Notes under the pieces: model-generated
The model's input: the letters and a program-made list of their open reading frames with translations, nothing else
The model's database searches: none
What the model was told of the DNA's origin: nothing
Translations under genes and position numbers: made by a program
Shown here: positions 1-11,200 of the stretch, in pieces
Position numbering within the stretch: the first letter of the stretch is position 1
Layout of the letters: every line of letters starts with the position of its first letter
Source: Felis catus
Taxonomy: Eukaryota
Direction: 5' to 3'
DNA length: 64,000 nt
Assembly: GCF_018350175.1 (NCBI RefSeq)
Contig: NC_058368.1
Span: 68,078,001 to 68,142,000 of the forward strand

Positions 1-16
1 TTCTGCTTAGTCTGAT

Positions 17-81
17 AATTAACTAATTAATTAATTAATTAATTTTAGAGAGTGACAGAGCATGATCAGGGGAGAAGGGCA

Positions 82-138
<57 letters not shown>

Positions 139-256
139 TTAAGCAGGCTCCACACTGAGCATGGAGACTGATGCAGGACTCAATCTCACTGTGGGATCAC
201 AACCTGAGCCGAAATCAAGGGTTGAATGCTCAACAGACTGAGCCACCCAGGCACCC
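17..256 (-). mobile_element. Carnivore tRNA-derived SINE (SINEC) with (AG)n tract
   Basis: Ends ...ctgagccacccaggcaccc (revcomp of SINE head); degenerate TSD tgcttagtctgat / tgcttggtatgat. Confidence 0.95.
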
Positions 257-336
257 TGCTTGGTATGATCCTTTGATGATGGTAGATAGATAAATAGAGA
301 GATAGGTAGGTAGATAGATGAATTTGTATGAAACTA

Positions 337-1000
337 TGTTTTAGTTTTTTACAGCTGCCATAACAAAGTACTACAAACTAGGTGGCTTAAAACAACAGAA
401 GCTTATTGTCGTATAAGCCTGGAGTCTAGACATCCAAAGTCAAGGTGTCATCAGAGCCGTGCTCCCCATGAAATGTGTAGGGGAGAATCCTTCCTTGTAC
501 CAACAATCCTTGGCTTTCCTTGACTTATGGAGACATTACTCCAACCTCTGCCTTCATTGTCACCTGGCTGTCTTTGCCCCATGTGTCTCTGTGCCCACAT
601 GGTACATCCCACTTCTTCTGACACCAGGCATTCTGGATTAGGGTTCATTCTAATGATCTCATCTTAACTTGATTACATATGCAAAAGACCCTATTTCCAA
701 ATAAGGTCATACACACAGGTACCAGGAGTTTGGACTCCAACCTATCTTCATATATATATATATATTTTTTTCTTTCTTTCTTTCTTTCTTTGAGAGAGAG
801 AGAGAGAGTGAGTGCAAGAGGGGAGAGGGGCAGAGGGAGAAAGAGAATGAATCCCAAGCAAGCTCCATGCCTAGCGTGGAGCTGATGTGGAGCTCAATCC
901 CACGATCTGAGCTGAAACCAAGAGTCAGACACTCAGCTGACTGAGCCACTCTGATGCCCCTCAGTGTATCTTTGTGAAGATGAGATTCTGCCCCATGATA
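337..1000 (-). mobile_element. MaLR LTR (MLT1C/D-like), interrupted by a SINE at 751-960
   Basis: gctgccataacaaagtactacaaactaggtggcttaaaacaacagaa...tccaaagtcaaggtgtca...tccaaataaggtca are typical MLT1 motifs. Confidence 0.85.
751..960 (-). mobile_element. SINEC (older subfamily)
   Basis: T-rich tail, (AG)n, ...ctgagccactctgatgcccc. Confidence 0.92.
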
Positions 1001-1767
1001 GAGGGGTTGCTCTATCGTTCATGAAAATCTTGTATTTAACTTTGGGACACAACCTTACACAGTCACAGATATCTGTGAGCTTCTCCAGTTCCCTCCTGCT
1101 GGGGATTTACCTCAAGTTTTCCAGCCAGCAGTTGCAAGAAACACATAGCTGGCATCTGCGTGCCCTGGAACCATGTACTGTCATCAATACATTCTGGTTA
1201 GGTGGGGTACAGTGCTGGGAATTACCTGATGCGCACCTGGATGTATATGACAGGATTCATGACACATCTGGGGGGAATAAAAGGTCACATTTTTGTGTTT
1301 GGAAGTGTCCCTGTGTTGTGTCTACTTTCCTGGAAATCTTTGTATATTTCTCTCTACCTTACCCTTCACCCTTTATGCCATCCTATTTCTTCATCAGATT
1401 CATGGTGTACTGAATCTGAATGCACTTTAATGTAACATGGAGAAGGACTCTAGTGGATGAGAAATTTTCATTTGAAAAATTTATTTTACGTATTTTTACT
1501 GTTGTGCCTACATGGTAAATATTTGGGGGAAGAGCTATCTTTAGATCAACAAATACACTTTCTAAATTTTAAAACCATCTCATAATCAATGGTCAAATAT
1601 GTACTAGTATTGGATTTATGACTTTTATCACAGTAGTGCCCATGTTTGCACTTATGTTATGCACACTGATAGATGAGGTTTTCATAACCTAGATATTTTG
1701 TGCTTTTCACTGATAAGCATGTTTTTCATTTGGTTTGGGAAACAGTTCTGCATAGTCAGGGAGTAGT

Positions 1768-1880
1768 ATAGTTATTCCCACTTTGTCTGGAAGGAGGAAA
1801 ATTGAGAGAGTGTGAACTGAGATTCACCCCATTAGGGAATGAGAATGTGTTTCGAATCTTGGTTCTCTTAGCTGCAGTTT
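1768..1880 (-). mobile_element. MIR fragment
   Basis: tattcccacttt...gaggaaaattgag resembles the MIR core. Confidence 0.5.
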
Positions 1881-2143
1881 GGCTTTCTTTTCTACCCCAC
1901 TTTCTATGCTTCTTAACCTTTGTTTTTCTCCTTTATTGAGAATTTCTAGACTCTATTATGTTGACTCCACTGGAAGTTATTCATGGCGGAAATCAGAGTT
2001 GCATAAGAAAGCTAGTAACAAACGTTAATATTGATTACTATTGAATTATTAAAACCCCATTTTTTTAGTTGTTGCACAGAAATACTCCTTGTGTAGGATT
2101 GCTTTAGCATAACACATAGAACAGAGATTAGTAAAATATTAAG

Positions 2144-2175
2144 TCATTCATTCATTCATTCATTCATTCATTCAT
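2144..2175. repeat. (TCAT)n microsatellite
   Basis: 8 tandem TCAT units. Confidence 0.95.
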
Positions 2176-2344
2176 GATTTTGTCTCCCCTCTATGGAGAA
2201 CTTTTAGGGTATTGTCAATGCCTCAACTTCTCAAGGAAGGGAAAAGGACAGGACTGTTTTACAGTCTGTTATAGTTGGATTGAAAATCTGATCGTAATAC
2301 TCCCTTATTTAAAATATTTCCATTTTACTTTCCATTTTACTCAA

Positions 2345-2812
2345 GATGAAGACCAAGCTCCTTCTTAGCATGGTATAGAAGGCCCTTTATGATCTGACCT
2401 CTGCTGCTCACAATGACCTACAGTCACCTGAATGTGCCATTTTCCTTCTCACCTTGGCACATGCTGTTCCTTATATCTAGGAAGCCCTCTTTGCTTGATT
2501 CACCCAATCATCTCCTTAGGTTCTGTTCTAGTAATCTTTAGTAAAGGTGCTCCTGACAAAACAGGGAGGATTCACGTCTTCCACCTCTTTGTCCAAAAAA
2601 ACTGACAAAAACCCCATAGAATTTTGCAAAAGCTCTAGTAAACAGTCAACATATTGCTTATTTATGTGTCTATTATTCCATAGTAGATTGTAAGCTCTTT
2701 GAGGTCAAGGAACAATGTCTTCTCATTGTTGTATGTCTAGTTTATAAATTTGGGTATTGGTTGAGTGCCCCCCTCTGGCACATAGATAAGTAAATGTTTA
2801 TTAAATGAATGC
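2345..2812 (+). mobile_element. L2 LINE 3' end
   Basis: ggccctttatgatctgacc...gcacatgctgttcc...tagattgtaagctctttgagg...ctggcacatag...taaatgaatg. Confidence 0.8.
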
Positions 2813-3869
2813 ATGTTTTCGTGCCTTGGCTCATTTTCTCCACAATTCAGCTTTTCATATCTTTACATAATTGTTTTATCATTCGTGAAATAATTATCAC
2901 CTCCTCCTGAATATATTGCATGTTCCATGCTTCCCTGCGTAATAATGATTCGTTTTAGCACTATTTATCATAGAAGTGTTTTTGTAATTAAAACAAAATT
3001 ACAGATCCCTGTATATATACTCTTTGCCGTGCACTTTCAGCCAGTGAGTGCTATGGCAGACTGTGCCGAACGCTCTTGGCCAGAATGCATTAGCACATAC
3101 ACTGCAAACTCTCTCAGCCGTGTGTGAGCCCACCGCACTATTCTGAGTCGAGTGGGTTCTGCAGCACATGTAGTTTGGTCTGTAGTGTTCTCTCTCTTTG
3201 TCACATATTTTGTACTTTGGCAGACATCTCTGCAAAGCAACAATATCCTTTTTAGTATTGAAATTTGGGTTTTATGGTAGCTTAAAGGTCCTCCAAGCAA
3301 TGTTCTAGAAAACAGAGGATAATATTTATCAGGAAATCAGGGATTGGCAAGTCCCTTGACATTATGGAGGGCACGTATACGTCCCCACAGACTGGGCAGG
3401 ATGTTCTAAAGTAGACTGGGGTCTAGAACAAACTATGGTGGAAGGTGTATCATGATTCCAGGACATGTTGAGGAGGATCAAGGAGCTCTTGTCACTGTGT
3501 GATGCATCTCCATAGGGACAAAGGTATAATGGCTTCATGTTATGTGAGTCACACTAGAACTAATTCTCTTAGAGCCCTTATCTGGGAATCCACCCTACCT
3601 CCTTCCTTCCTATTCTTAAAATGAGGTATGTATTTACTCTTAGAATTAAATGCAAGAGAGCAAGAAATGTGATAGGATACAAAATAACAAACTAGCAAGA
3701 AGTAATAACAAAAAATACTCCCATTTATCTTTTACTTTTAAAACATGGTTTCTCTTTTTTATTTGCTTTTTAAAGCATCTAGTCCTCCCACCTAACTTAT
3801 ATAATACTATCATAACATTGTAAGTAATATACTTGTAATGTGAACATTAAAGGAGGCATGTATATTTAA

Positions 3870-3995
3870 GAGTGACTGGGTGGCTCAGTTAAGTGTCTGA
3901 CTCTTGGTTTTGGCTCAGGTCATGATCTCATGGTTTGTGAGTTCGAGCCTTGCGTTGGGCTCTGTGCTGACAGTGTGGAGAGATTCTCTGTCTTC

Positions 3996-4043
<48 letters not shown>

Positions 4044-4097
4044 CCCACCCCTGCTTGTGCTCTCTCTCTTTCAAAATAAATAAATAAACTAAAAAAA
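3870..4097 (+). mobile_element. SINEC
   Basis: SINE head, (CT)n, A-rich tail; TSD taaaggaggcatgtatat (3848) / taaaggaggcatgcatat (4098). Confidence 0.95.
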
Positions 4098-4156
4098 TAA
4101 AGGAGGCATGCATATGTAAAAGTAAACAGAACTGTTCATTAAGTAAACAGTAAACT

Positions 4157-4356
4157 GATGCCTGCGTGACTCAGTTGGTTAGTGTCCACTCTGGATTCAA
4201 GCTTATGCCATGTTCTCATGGTTCATGAGATCAAGCGCTGAGTCGAGCTCTATGGTGACCGTGCAAAGCCTGCTTGGGATTCTCTCTCTCCCTCTTCCTC
4301 TGCCACTCCCCTGCTCATGTGCTGTCTCTCAAAATAAATAAATAGCTAAAAAAATA
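4157..4356 (+). mobile_element. SINEC (old, diverged)
   Basis: gatgcctgcgtgactcagttggtta...gcctgcttgggattctctctc...aaaataaataaa. Confidence 0.88.
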
Positions 4357-4407
4357 ACACTCTCATGCACTCTCTCTCAAATAAATACACTTTAAAAAAG
4401 CACTAAA

Positions 4408-4635
4408 GGGGCGCCTGGGTGGCGCAGTCGGTTAAGCGTCCGACTTCAGCCAGGTCACGATTTCGCGGACCGTGAGTTCGAGCCCTGCATCAGGCTCTGG
4501 GCTGATGGCTCAGAGCCTGGAGCCTGTTTCCGATTCTGTGTCTCCCTCTCTCTCTGCCCCTCCCCCGTTCATGTTCTGTTTCTCTCTGTCCCAAAAATAA
4601 ATAAACGTTGCAAAAAAAAAAAAATTAAAAAAAAA
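4408..4635 (+). mobile_element. Young felid SINEC_Fc
   Basis: ggggcgcctgggtggcgcagtcggttaagcgtccgacttcagccagg; 15-bp TSD taaaaaagcactaaa (4393, 4636). Confidence 0.97.
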
Positions 4636-4916
4636 TAAAAAAGCACTAAAATGAAATAAATATATAATTGAAATAAAAATCTTCAGTGGACAATAGAGAA
4701 AATGCAACAATTTTTACTTTCTTATTTTTCAGGACTCCGTATATTTTCCCCAAGGATTATTGGATTTGGGAAAAGTGGTCCTCCAAATAGAACCCATGAA
4801 ATCTGCAAATCCTGCTTTCTTTAAGGATGAAGGTTCCATCTTCATTCTAATTCTGATATTTCACCTTAAATCAAAATGGGCTGTTCATTCATAGACAGTC
4901 ACTCAGTTTTTCAGAT

Positions 4917-5490
4917 TCATTCATTCATTCCAAAAACGTTTAGAGAATGTCTGTTATGTGCCTAGCACTCTTCTTGGTCCTGGGTCCAAAAAAATAAGTC
5001 CCTGCCCTCAGTGAATTTATTTTCTAGCAGGGAGGACAGGAAACAAACAAATAAACAAATGGTACATGCTCTCAAGGGAATGAAAAGCAAGTGAGAAACA
5101 AAATGGGTCAGTTGCCTGAAGAGAACGCTGGGGTGGGATATGGGTGAGTCTGAGATGGGGTGGACGGCCAAGGCCCCTTGGGAGGTAACATTTGGATGAA
5201 GTGAGAATACCATCCACTTGAAAGTCTTCACTGCAGGCAGAAGGAACCATGGTGCAGAGGCTCTTTGATGGGGGTTCCCATGACCGGTGTGAGGCCAGTG
5301 TGGCTGGAGCAGAATGAAGGTTGGACCTTGTTGGCCACTGTGAGGATTTTATATTTGATTCTACCCACTATGATACACTTCAGAAAACTAATCTAATTCG
5401 CCTTACGGGTTGCTGTGTTGAGAATAGACTACAGGGAGTGAATAACATGAAATTAGGGAGGCCAATTAGGAAGCTACTGTAGTACTCCAT
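4917..5490 (-). mobile_element. L2 LINE 3' region
   Basis: (ttca)n tail, tatgtgcctagcac, gtccctgccctc, gaggccagtgtggctggagcag, gaggccaattaggaagcta. Confidence 0.8.
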
Positions 5491-5657
5491 GTAACCGCAC
5501 AGTAACACAACCTGTGGGTTTCCAAACTTACTTCGTTCCCCAAGCATGCGATTGTATCTTGGCTGCAATAATCTGAATTATTCACATGCATTCCATACTT
5601 TAAGCCTGTTATCCCAGTTTTACACTTCATGAAGACTGGATTCAAAACTACCATAGC

Positions 5658-5864
5658 GGGGCACCTGGGTGGCTCAGTGGGTTAAGCCACAGTCTCTTGA
5701 TTTCTGCTCAGGTCATGATCTGATCTCAGTCTGTAAGATGGAGCCCCGGGTCGGGCTCTGTGCTGACAGTGTGGAGCCTGCTTGGGATCCTCTCCCTCTC
5801 TCTCTGCTTCTCCCCCACTCACCTTCTCTGTCTCTCTCTCACTCTCTCAATAAATAAATAAAAA
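5658..5864 (+). mobile_element. SINEC
   Basis: ggggcacctgggtggctcag head, CT tract, aataaa tail. Confidence 0.95.
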
Positions 5865-6589
5865 ACCGGCCACAGAGACCAGTCATATTCATATTACAAG
5901 TGTATGTTTCCTATATAGCATCATCATTCTTCAGCAAGATCCGTGTTATGAAATCCAATTACAATGACTAAATTTATTAGAGATACATTTTTTTTCCCCA
6001 CTGCGGACATTCCCCAACAAATGAATTCTAGCAGTGGAATCTTTCCAATTAAAACGAAGACATCTTGTTTTGATAAAACGTGGGTCCAACCAATTCTTGT
6101 TTAATGATTATACCTGTAAATGGTTTCAATTAATTAGTTTCCAAACTGAAAACAGTAAAACTGTTCAATAAATTAAAAGAATTATAAACTCTCTAACATC
6201 TTTTGCTAGCACTTCACTTAGAAATGCAATATACATTCAGTGGGCATATCCTCGTGTTTTTTTTTTTTTTGACAAACATTCTTTTACATAATGAACTTGA
6301 AATAAACCCTGAAGTGATAAACATAATAAAACAAACTTATAATGCATGCCTGTATGGGAGATGATGCCTCTTTGTTTTCATTGAGCAACACTCAAGATAG
6401 CTGCTAATAACCTACTATACAAAATAACGTACAATGGGGTTATGTACTTCTGGAATATTACTATGGTTGCATTGTAGTTTGGCTGGTGTGGGCTATCCAT
6501 GTGAGGCAGGAGAGTCGTGAGTCTGAGTACCTGCTCAGGCAAGAGGCCACATAAGACAGAGCTCAGGCTGCCTTTTAAGAAGCATGTGT

Positions 6590-6752
6590 CTGTGGGAAAA
6601 TGACCTATTGAAGCCTCTCATTTCTTTGCTAAATGGAATAAACATGGTACCAGCCTCTTAAGATCATTGTGAAGAGTAAATAGCTAATATGTTTAAAGCA
6701 CTAGAACAGCAAACATGGCGAGCACTCAATAAACGTGAGCTTTTATTATTAT
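6590..6752 (+). mobile_element. MIR 3' half
   Basis: ttgtgaagagtaaatagctaatatgtttaaagcactagaacag...gcactcaataaa. Confidence 0.75.
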
Positions 6753-8407
6753 ATCTTGCAGTTTGCTGCCTGGAGCCTTGAAGAACTTAGCAGTTTTTCT
6801 TTGGAATGAAACTTTCTATAGACATCTCTCTTTGGCATATATGAGAAAAATCTGCCAAGTCCATATTTGGCTTTTCAAAGGCAAAATGTGTGTGTGTGAC
6901 ATGGGAATTCACAAACAGGTTTTCATTACTAAAACAAATGTTAGACAATTAAGAATTAGTTTATGCCTTTCTTGGCGATTGCTCTTTGCCTAGTTTTTTT
7001 CCCTTATATCTAAAAACATGGAAGATTAATCACAAGCATTTGTGAATCATGGGTATGTAAAACAGTTAATTATAAGCCTTCTTTGTGTGCGTGTATGTGT
7101 GTCTAAATGCAGTGAAAGGCTCCTAACCCCACTGAGTTTCCAAAGCCCTCTACAAATAAATCAAGAGGGACAGTAAATAATCATTCTCTAAAAGCCCCAG
7201 TCAGCCGATTTGCAGGTGCAATTTGGTATCTGGGCCAATTACTAGAATGAAATGTTATTTGGTATATATATCACAGATGGTGGTTTCCAGGGGCTTCTCG
7301 ATTCATTAGATATTAGAAAATACAGCTTTTCTCTATAGGTAGGTGACTTTCTTCTTTTATTGTATATGCCTTTACTAAGCTTGCTCTATTATTCGCAGCT
7401 CTGTGGTTGGTGCTATGGATGTTTCAAAGGCTCTAGGAAAAGAAGTCTGTGCCCCTGAGAAACCCAAGGGAGATGAAGGAGATCTTCATATTGTCACTCA
7501 AAATATGGACTTGCCGTTTCGTAGGCCAAATATTGGCAGTTCCACATGCCTCCACCTAACTTGCATTTTTTTCAAAATCTAAAGCACAAAGGTGGTACCC
7601 TTACTCCAAGATCCAGCGGCGAGGAGGCACTGTGCCTCAGGGAGGGGTCTCGTCAACCTGTCACAGCTGTGTAATTATGTAAAGCTAATAAGTTCATAAC
7701 CTCATTTCAGGGTTACTATTGTTTGCATTGCCTCTATTTGTGTTTTTAGAATCCAGCTCGTAAACCCTATAATTAGGAAGAAGTATCAAAGTGCCTACTT
7801 ACCCACTTTTTATTTGTTTTCTAGGGTTGTAATTGTCTGTAAGTGCTTGCACGGCTCACAATTCAGCAAACGGAATGGTTTTCAAATCCCCTCACTGCAG
7901 CCTTCTTGATGGTGCTTTCTGTTTCATTCCTCACCTTGAAGCTATTCAGTTTTTTCCCAGCTTCAATTCCACTCAAAAGTAGGAAAATGTTTATTTTCAA
8001 TTAGAGTCTTATATAGCTTGATGGTTTTCCTTTGCCATTTTAAAGGGACCAGAGGAAATTAAAATCAAAGACACTAAGTCATTTGACTTCTACCCGTCAA
8101 AAGATTGCTACGTTCTTCTCTGTACTGAAAGAGTTCAGAGATTTATCTCTCAAATCAACTGCCTCTAAATTCTTGGCACATACGCAATTAGCTGATGGCA
8201 CCCTTCTACAGCTGGTGCCTGTTCTCCTGTTCTCCTGAAGAATTTCCACTTCTCTTGTTGTTCCCATAAAGAATGTGTTGCACTGGTGAAATTGAATTGA
8301 TTTTGATGATACGTTCTCACTCCCAGCGAAATGATAGATAGGATTGCTACGTCTTTGGGAAGGTTTGAGTTCTGTTCTCTGTGACCCCACACATTGATAA
8401 GCTAGTA

Positions 8408-8565
8408 CAGTTGTTCTCTTCATATTCAATCATCTGGGGAGATTTTTTAAAATCCTGAGATCAGGTTGAACCCCAAAACGATGACATCAGAGTTTTCTAG
8501 GTTGGGATCGGGGTGTTTTTAAAGCCCCCCAGGTGATTCCAATGTGCGGCCAAGGAAGGGAACCC
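8408..8565. mobile_element. MER5A (hAT-Charlie MITE)
   Basis: aatcatctggggag...tttaaagccccccaggtgattccaatgtgcggccaagg. Confidence 0.8.
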
Positions 8566-8619
8566 CAAAGGCAGAACAGATGCAACTAAACGAATGTTAA
8601 GTTGGTGGGGAGGCCAGTA

Positions 8620-8810
8620 GAACTAGCGTGTGCATTGGATTTAAATGGACTTGGGTCTGAAATTCAGGCCTCATACTTGTTATGTGACCTTGAATGAGTT
8701 ACTTAAATATTTTTGAGCTTGTTTCATCTGCTGTCACATTTTATGGATGACAGTGTTGTGAGGATTAAGTGCTTGGATCTATCATCCAGTAGATCTCAAT
8801 GAATAGTCGC
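8620..8810 (+). mobile_element. MIR
   Basis: gacttgggtctgaaattc...tgtgaccttgaatgagttacttaa...gttgtgaggattaag. Confidence 0.7.
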
Positions 8811-9029
8811 TCTTTCCTTCTCTCCTGCTTTCTTTAATAGAGTTTATTTCAGAGAATACTTTAGTGTTTAAAGGTTTTTTTTTCCTCTCCCAGTGGTTAT
8901 TTATTGATGCATTTATTTTATTTAAATTTTTGTTATATCTATTGTTTTATATGTATTTAGAATATATAATTTTTATAATATGTATTTGTATTATGATATA
9001 TTTATTGCTATATATTTGTTATTCTAGGG

Positions 9030-9475
9030 TTTTTTCGGAAATAATTTGGGATTTCAAAAGTATCGCAAAGGTAAAACTGAGATTTTCCATGTATGCTTTG
9101 CCTGGGTTTCCCTAATGTCAACATTTTGCATAACAATAATACTTTTATCAAAACTGAAATATCAAAGTTAGTACAATGTTATTAATTAAGAATAGACCTT
9201 ATTGTGAATTCACTGGGTTTCCGCTAATACTCTTTGGCCCAGGATTCAATCCAGAATCTCCTATTGCATTTAGTTTTCATATTTCCTTAGTTTCCTCCAT
9301 TCTGTGGCTATTCTTGTTCTTTCCTTGCTTTGATGCCTTTGACCCTCTGAAGAGTACTGGTCAGTTATTTTGTAGAGTGCTTTACGATTCAGGAATCATC
9401 TAATGCCTACTTATGGATAGAGTTGGCTCATTTTTGACACGAATACCACGGAAGTGATGTGACCTTTTCAGTATT
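9030..9475 (-). mobile_element. L1MC4-like 3' end fragment
   Basis: ccaggattcaatccag...attgcatttagtt...tgaagagtactggtcagttattttgtaga...gaataccacggaagtgatg. Confidence 0.75.
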
Positions 9476-9502
9476 AGGCTATTTTCATTTTGTGTGGAAT
9501 CC

Positions 9503-9730
9503 TTTTTTTTTTTTTTTTAATTTTTTTAAGTTTGTTTATTTTTGAGAGAGAGAGAGAGAGAGAGCATGAGTGGGGGGAGGAGCAGAGAGAGGGAGACACA
9601 AAATCCGAAGCAGTCTCCAGGCTCTGAGATGTCAGTACAGAGCCTGACGCTGGGCTCGAACCCATGAACCATAAGATCTTGACCTGAGCTGAAGTCGGAC
9701 GCCTAAACCAACTAAGCCACCCAGGTACCT
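9503..9730 (-). mobile_element. SINEC
   Basis: Poly-T tail, full body; TSD gtgtggaat on both sides. Confidence 0.95.
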
Positions 9731-9794
9731 AGTGTGGAATTCTTTACATAATTAATCATATGGTTAGTGAGATGAGGCATTACAGGGAGCTACA

Positions 9795-10390
9795 GTAGTT
9801 TCTTCGGCTGCCATAGTAAGGACCACAGACTGAATGGCTTTAACCCCAGAGATTTATTTTCTCACCATTCTGGAGGCTAGAAGTCTGAGATCAAGGTGTT
9901 GTCAGAACTGGTATCTTTTGAGGCCTCTCTCCTTGACTTGTAGGTGACTGGTCTTTTTATGGTGCGTTCAGATGGTCCTAATTCTGTACGTGTGTCTGTG
10001 TTCTAATATTATTTTTTAGTTTAGTTTTTTTTTTTTTTTTTTTTTTTTGAGAGAGAGAGCACGGGGAGGGGCAGAGAGGGGGACAGAGGATCTAAAGCAG
10101 GCTCTGCAAGGACAGCAGAGAGCCTGATGTGGGGCTTGAACTCACGCACCATGAGATCATGTCCTAAGCCGAAGGCAGATGGCAGATGCTTCGCCGACTG
10201 AGCTACCCAGGAGCCCCCAGAGTCTCTTTTTATAACAACCTCAGTCCCATTGCATCAGAGTCCACCCCAATGACTTCATTTAAACGTAAATACCTTTAAA
10301 TGCCCTAATTCCGACCAAACAGTCACATTCTGAGGAACTGGTGGTTGGGACTTTAACCTATGGATGGGGGAGCACCATTTAGCTTGTAAC
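9795..10390 (-). mobile_element. MaLR LTR (MLT1A-like), interrupted by a SINE
   Basis: ggctgccatagtaaggaccacagactg...ttctggaggctagaagtctgagatcaaggtg...cagtcacattctgagg...taaca. Confidence 0.85.
10008..10217 (-). mobile_element. SINEC inside MLT1
   Basis: Poly-T, ggggcagagag, ...ctgagctacccaggagcccc. Confidence 0.92.
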
Positions 10391-10729
10391 AGGTGCTTCT
10401 CAAGCAGATACATACACTGAAACACAAGAGGTAAGGATTTTTCCAGGATGGCAAATGATCTGCCGTGCTCCTTAGAAAACAGAAGCAGCTTCTTGGCGAA
10501 TTGGAGAAAATGGTCACGGCAAACATAAGGAAACTCAAGGAGGACAAAATGCTTAGCAGGGAGAACCAAGCTGCTTAAGCATTAAACAGAAGACATTTGG
10601 TTAAGGAACATGATGGCAATGGGGGAAGGGTTGGTCCTCAGGGTTATAAATGACTCCCCAAAACACATGTGCCAGTGTTCCAGCTGTAAAACACGATATG
10701 GGGATGCTGCAAGATATTTCAGGGTGCAG

Positions 10730-10970
10730 AAATCTTTTTAAGGAAACATTGGAAAGGGCTTATTCAGCCAAAAGAAGAAATTGCTGATGGGGGATTTAAT
10801 TATCTCCGAGTACTGTATGTGAGGGAGTTCTGAAACCAAGGACAGTGACCAGCTGTTTCAAAACTTTACGAGAAAAGATTTCAAGTAAACAGGCTTAAAT
10901 GAATGAGATTTAGAATAGAATAAAAAATTTCCTGACAGAAGCCGTGGTTAAGTACCAGAAAGGTTACAGA
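10730..10970 (+). mobile_element. L3/CR1 LINE 3' fragment
   Basis: ttattcagcc...ctgatgggggatttaat...gtgaccagctgttt...ggcttaaat...gagatttag...ttcctgacag...gtggttaagtaccag follows the CR1/L3 ORF2 end. Confidence 0.7.
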
Positions 10971-10974
10971 TGGA

Positions 10975-11200
10975 AGAAGCATGATATTGTAAAAAGAACA
11001 GCGATGTCGGTGTTAGAGACACTGGTTTTAAATACCAACTCTACCATTTGGCTGTGCGATCTTGGACAGAGAACTTAACCCCTATGACAACACTATCGGT
11101 CTCATTATTTTTAAGGACTAAGTGAGCTACTAGCAGCCATTTTAACAGAGTTACTAATGTAAATTGAGCATATTGAGAAGAGAGCTTGCCACTCAATAAT
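10975..11200 (+). mobile_element. MIR
   Basis: ctggttttaaataccaactctaccatttggctgtgcgatcttggacagagaacttaacc. Confidence 0.7.

Noticed and set aside
964..1413. Longest ORF (149 aa)
   Set aside because: Non-ATG start, begins in an LTR, no recognisable domain; the region may itself be an old LTR that I could not name
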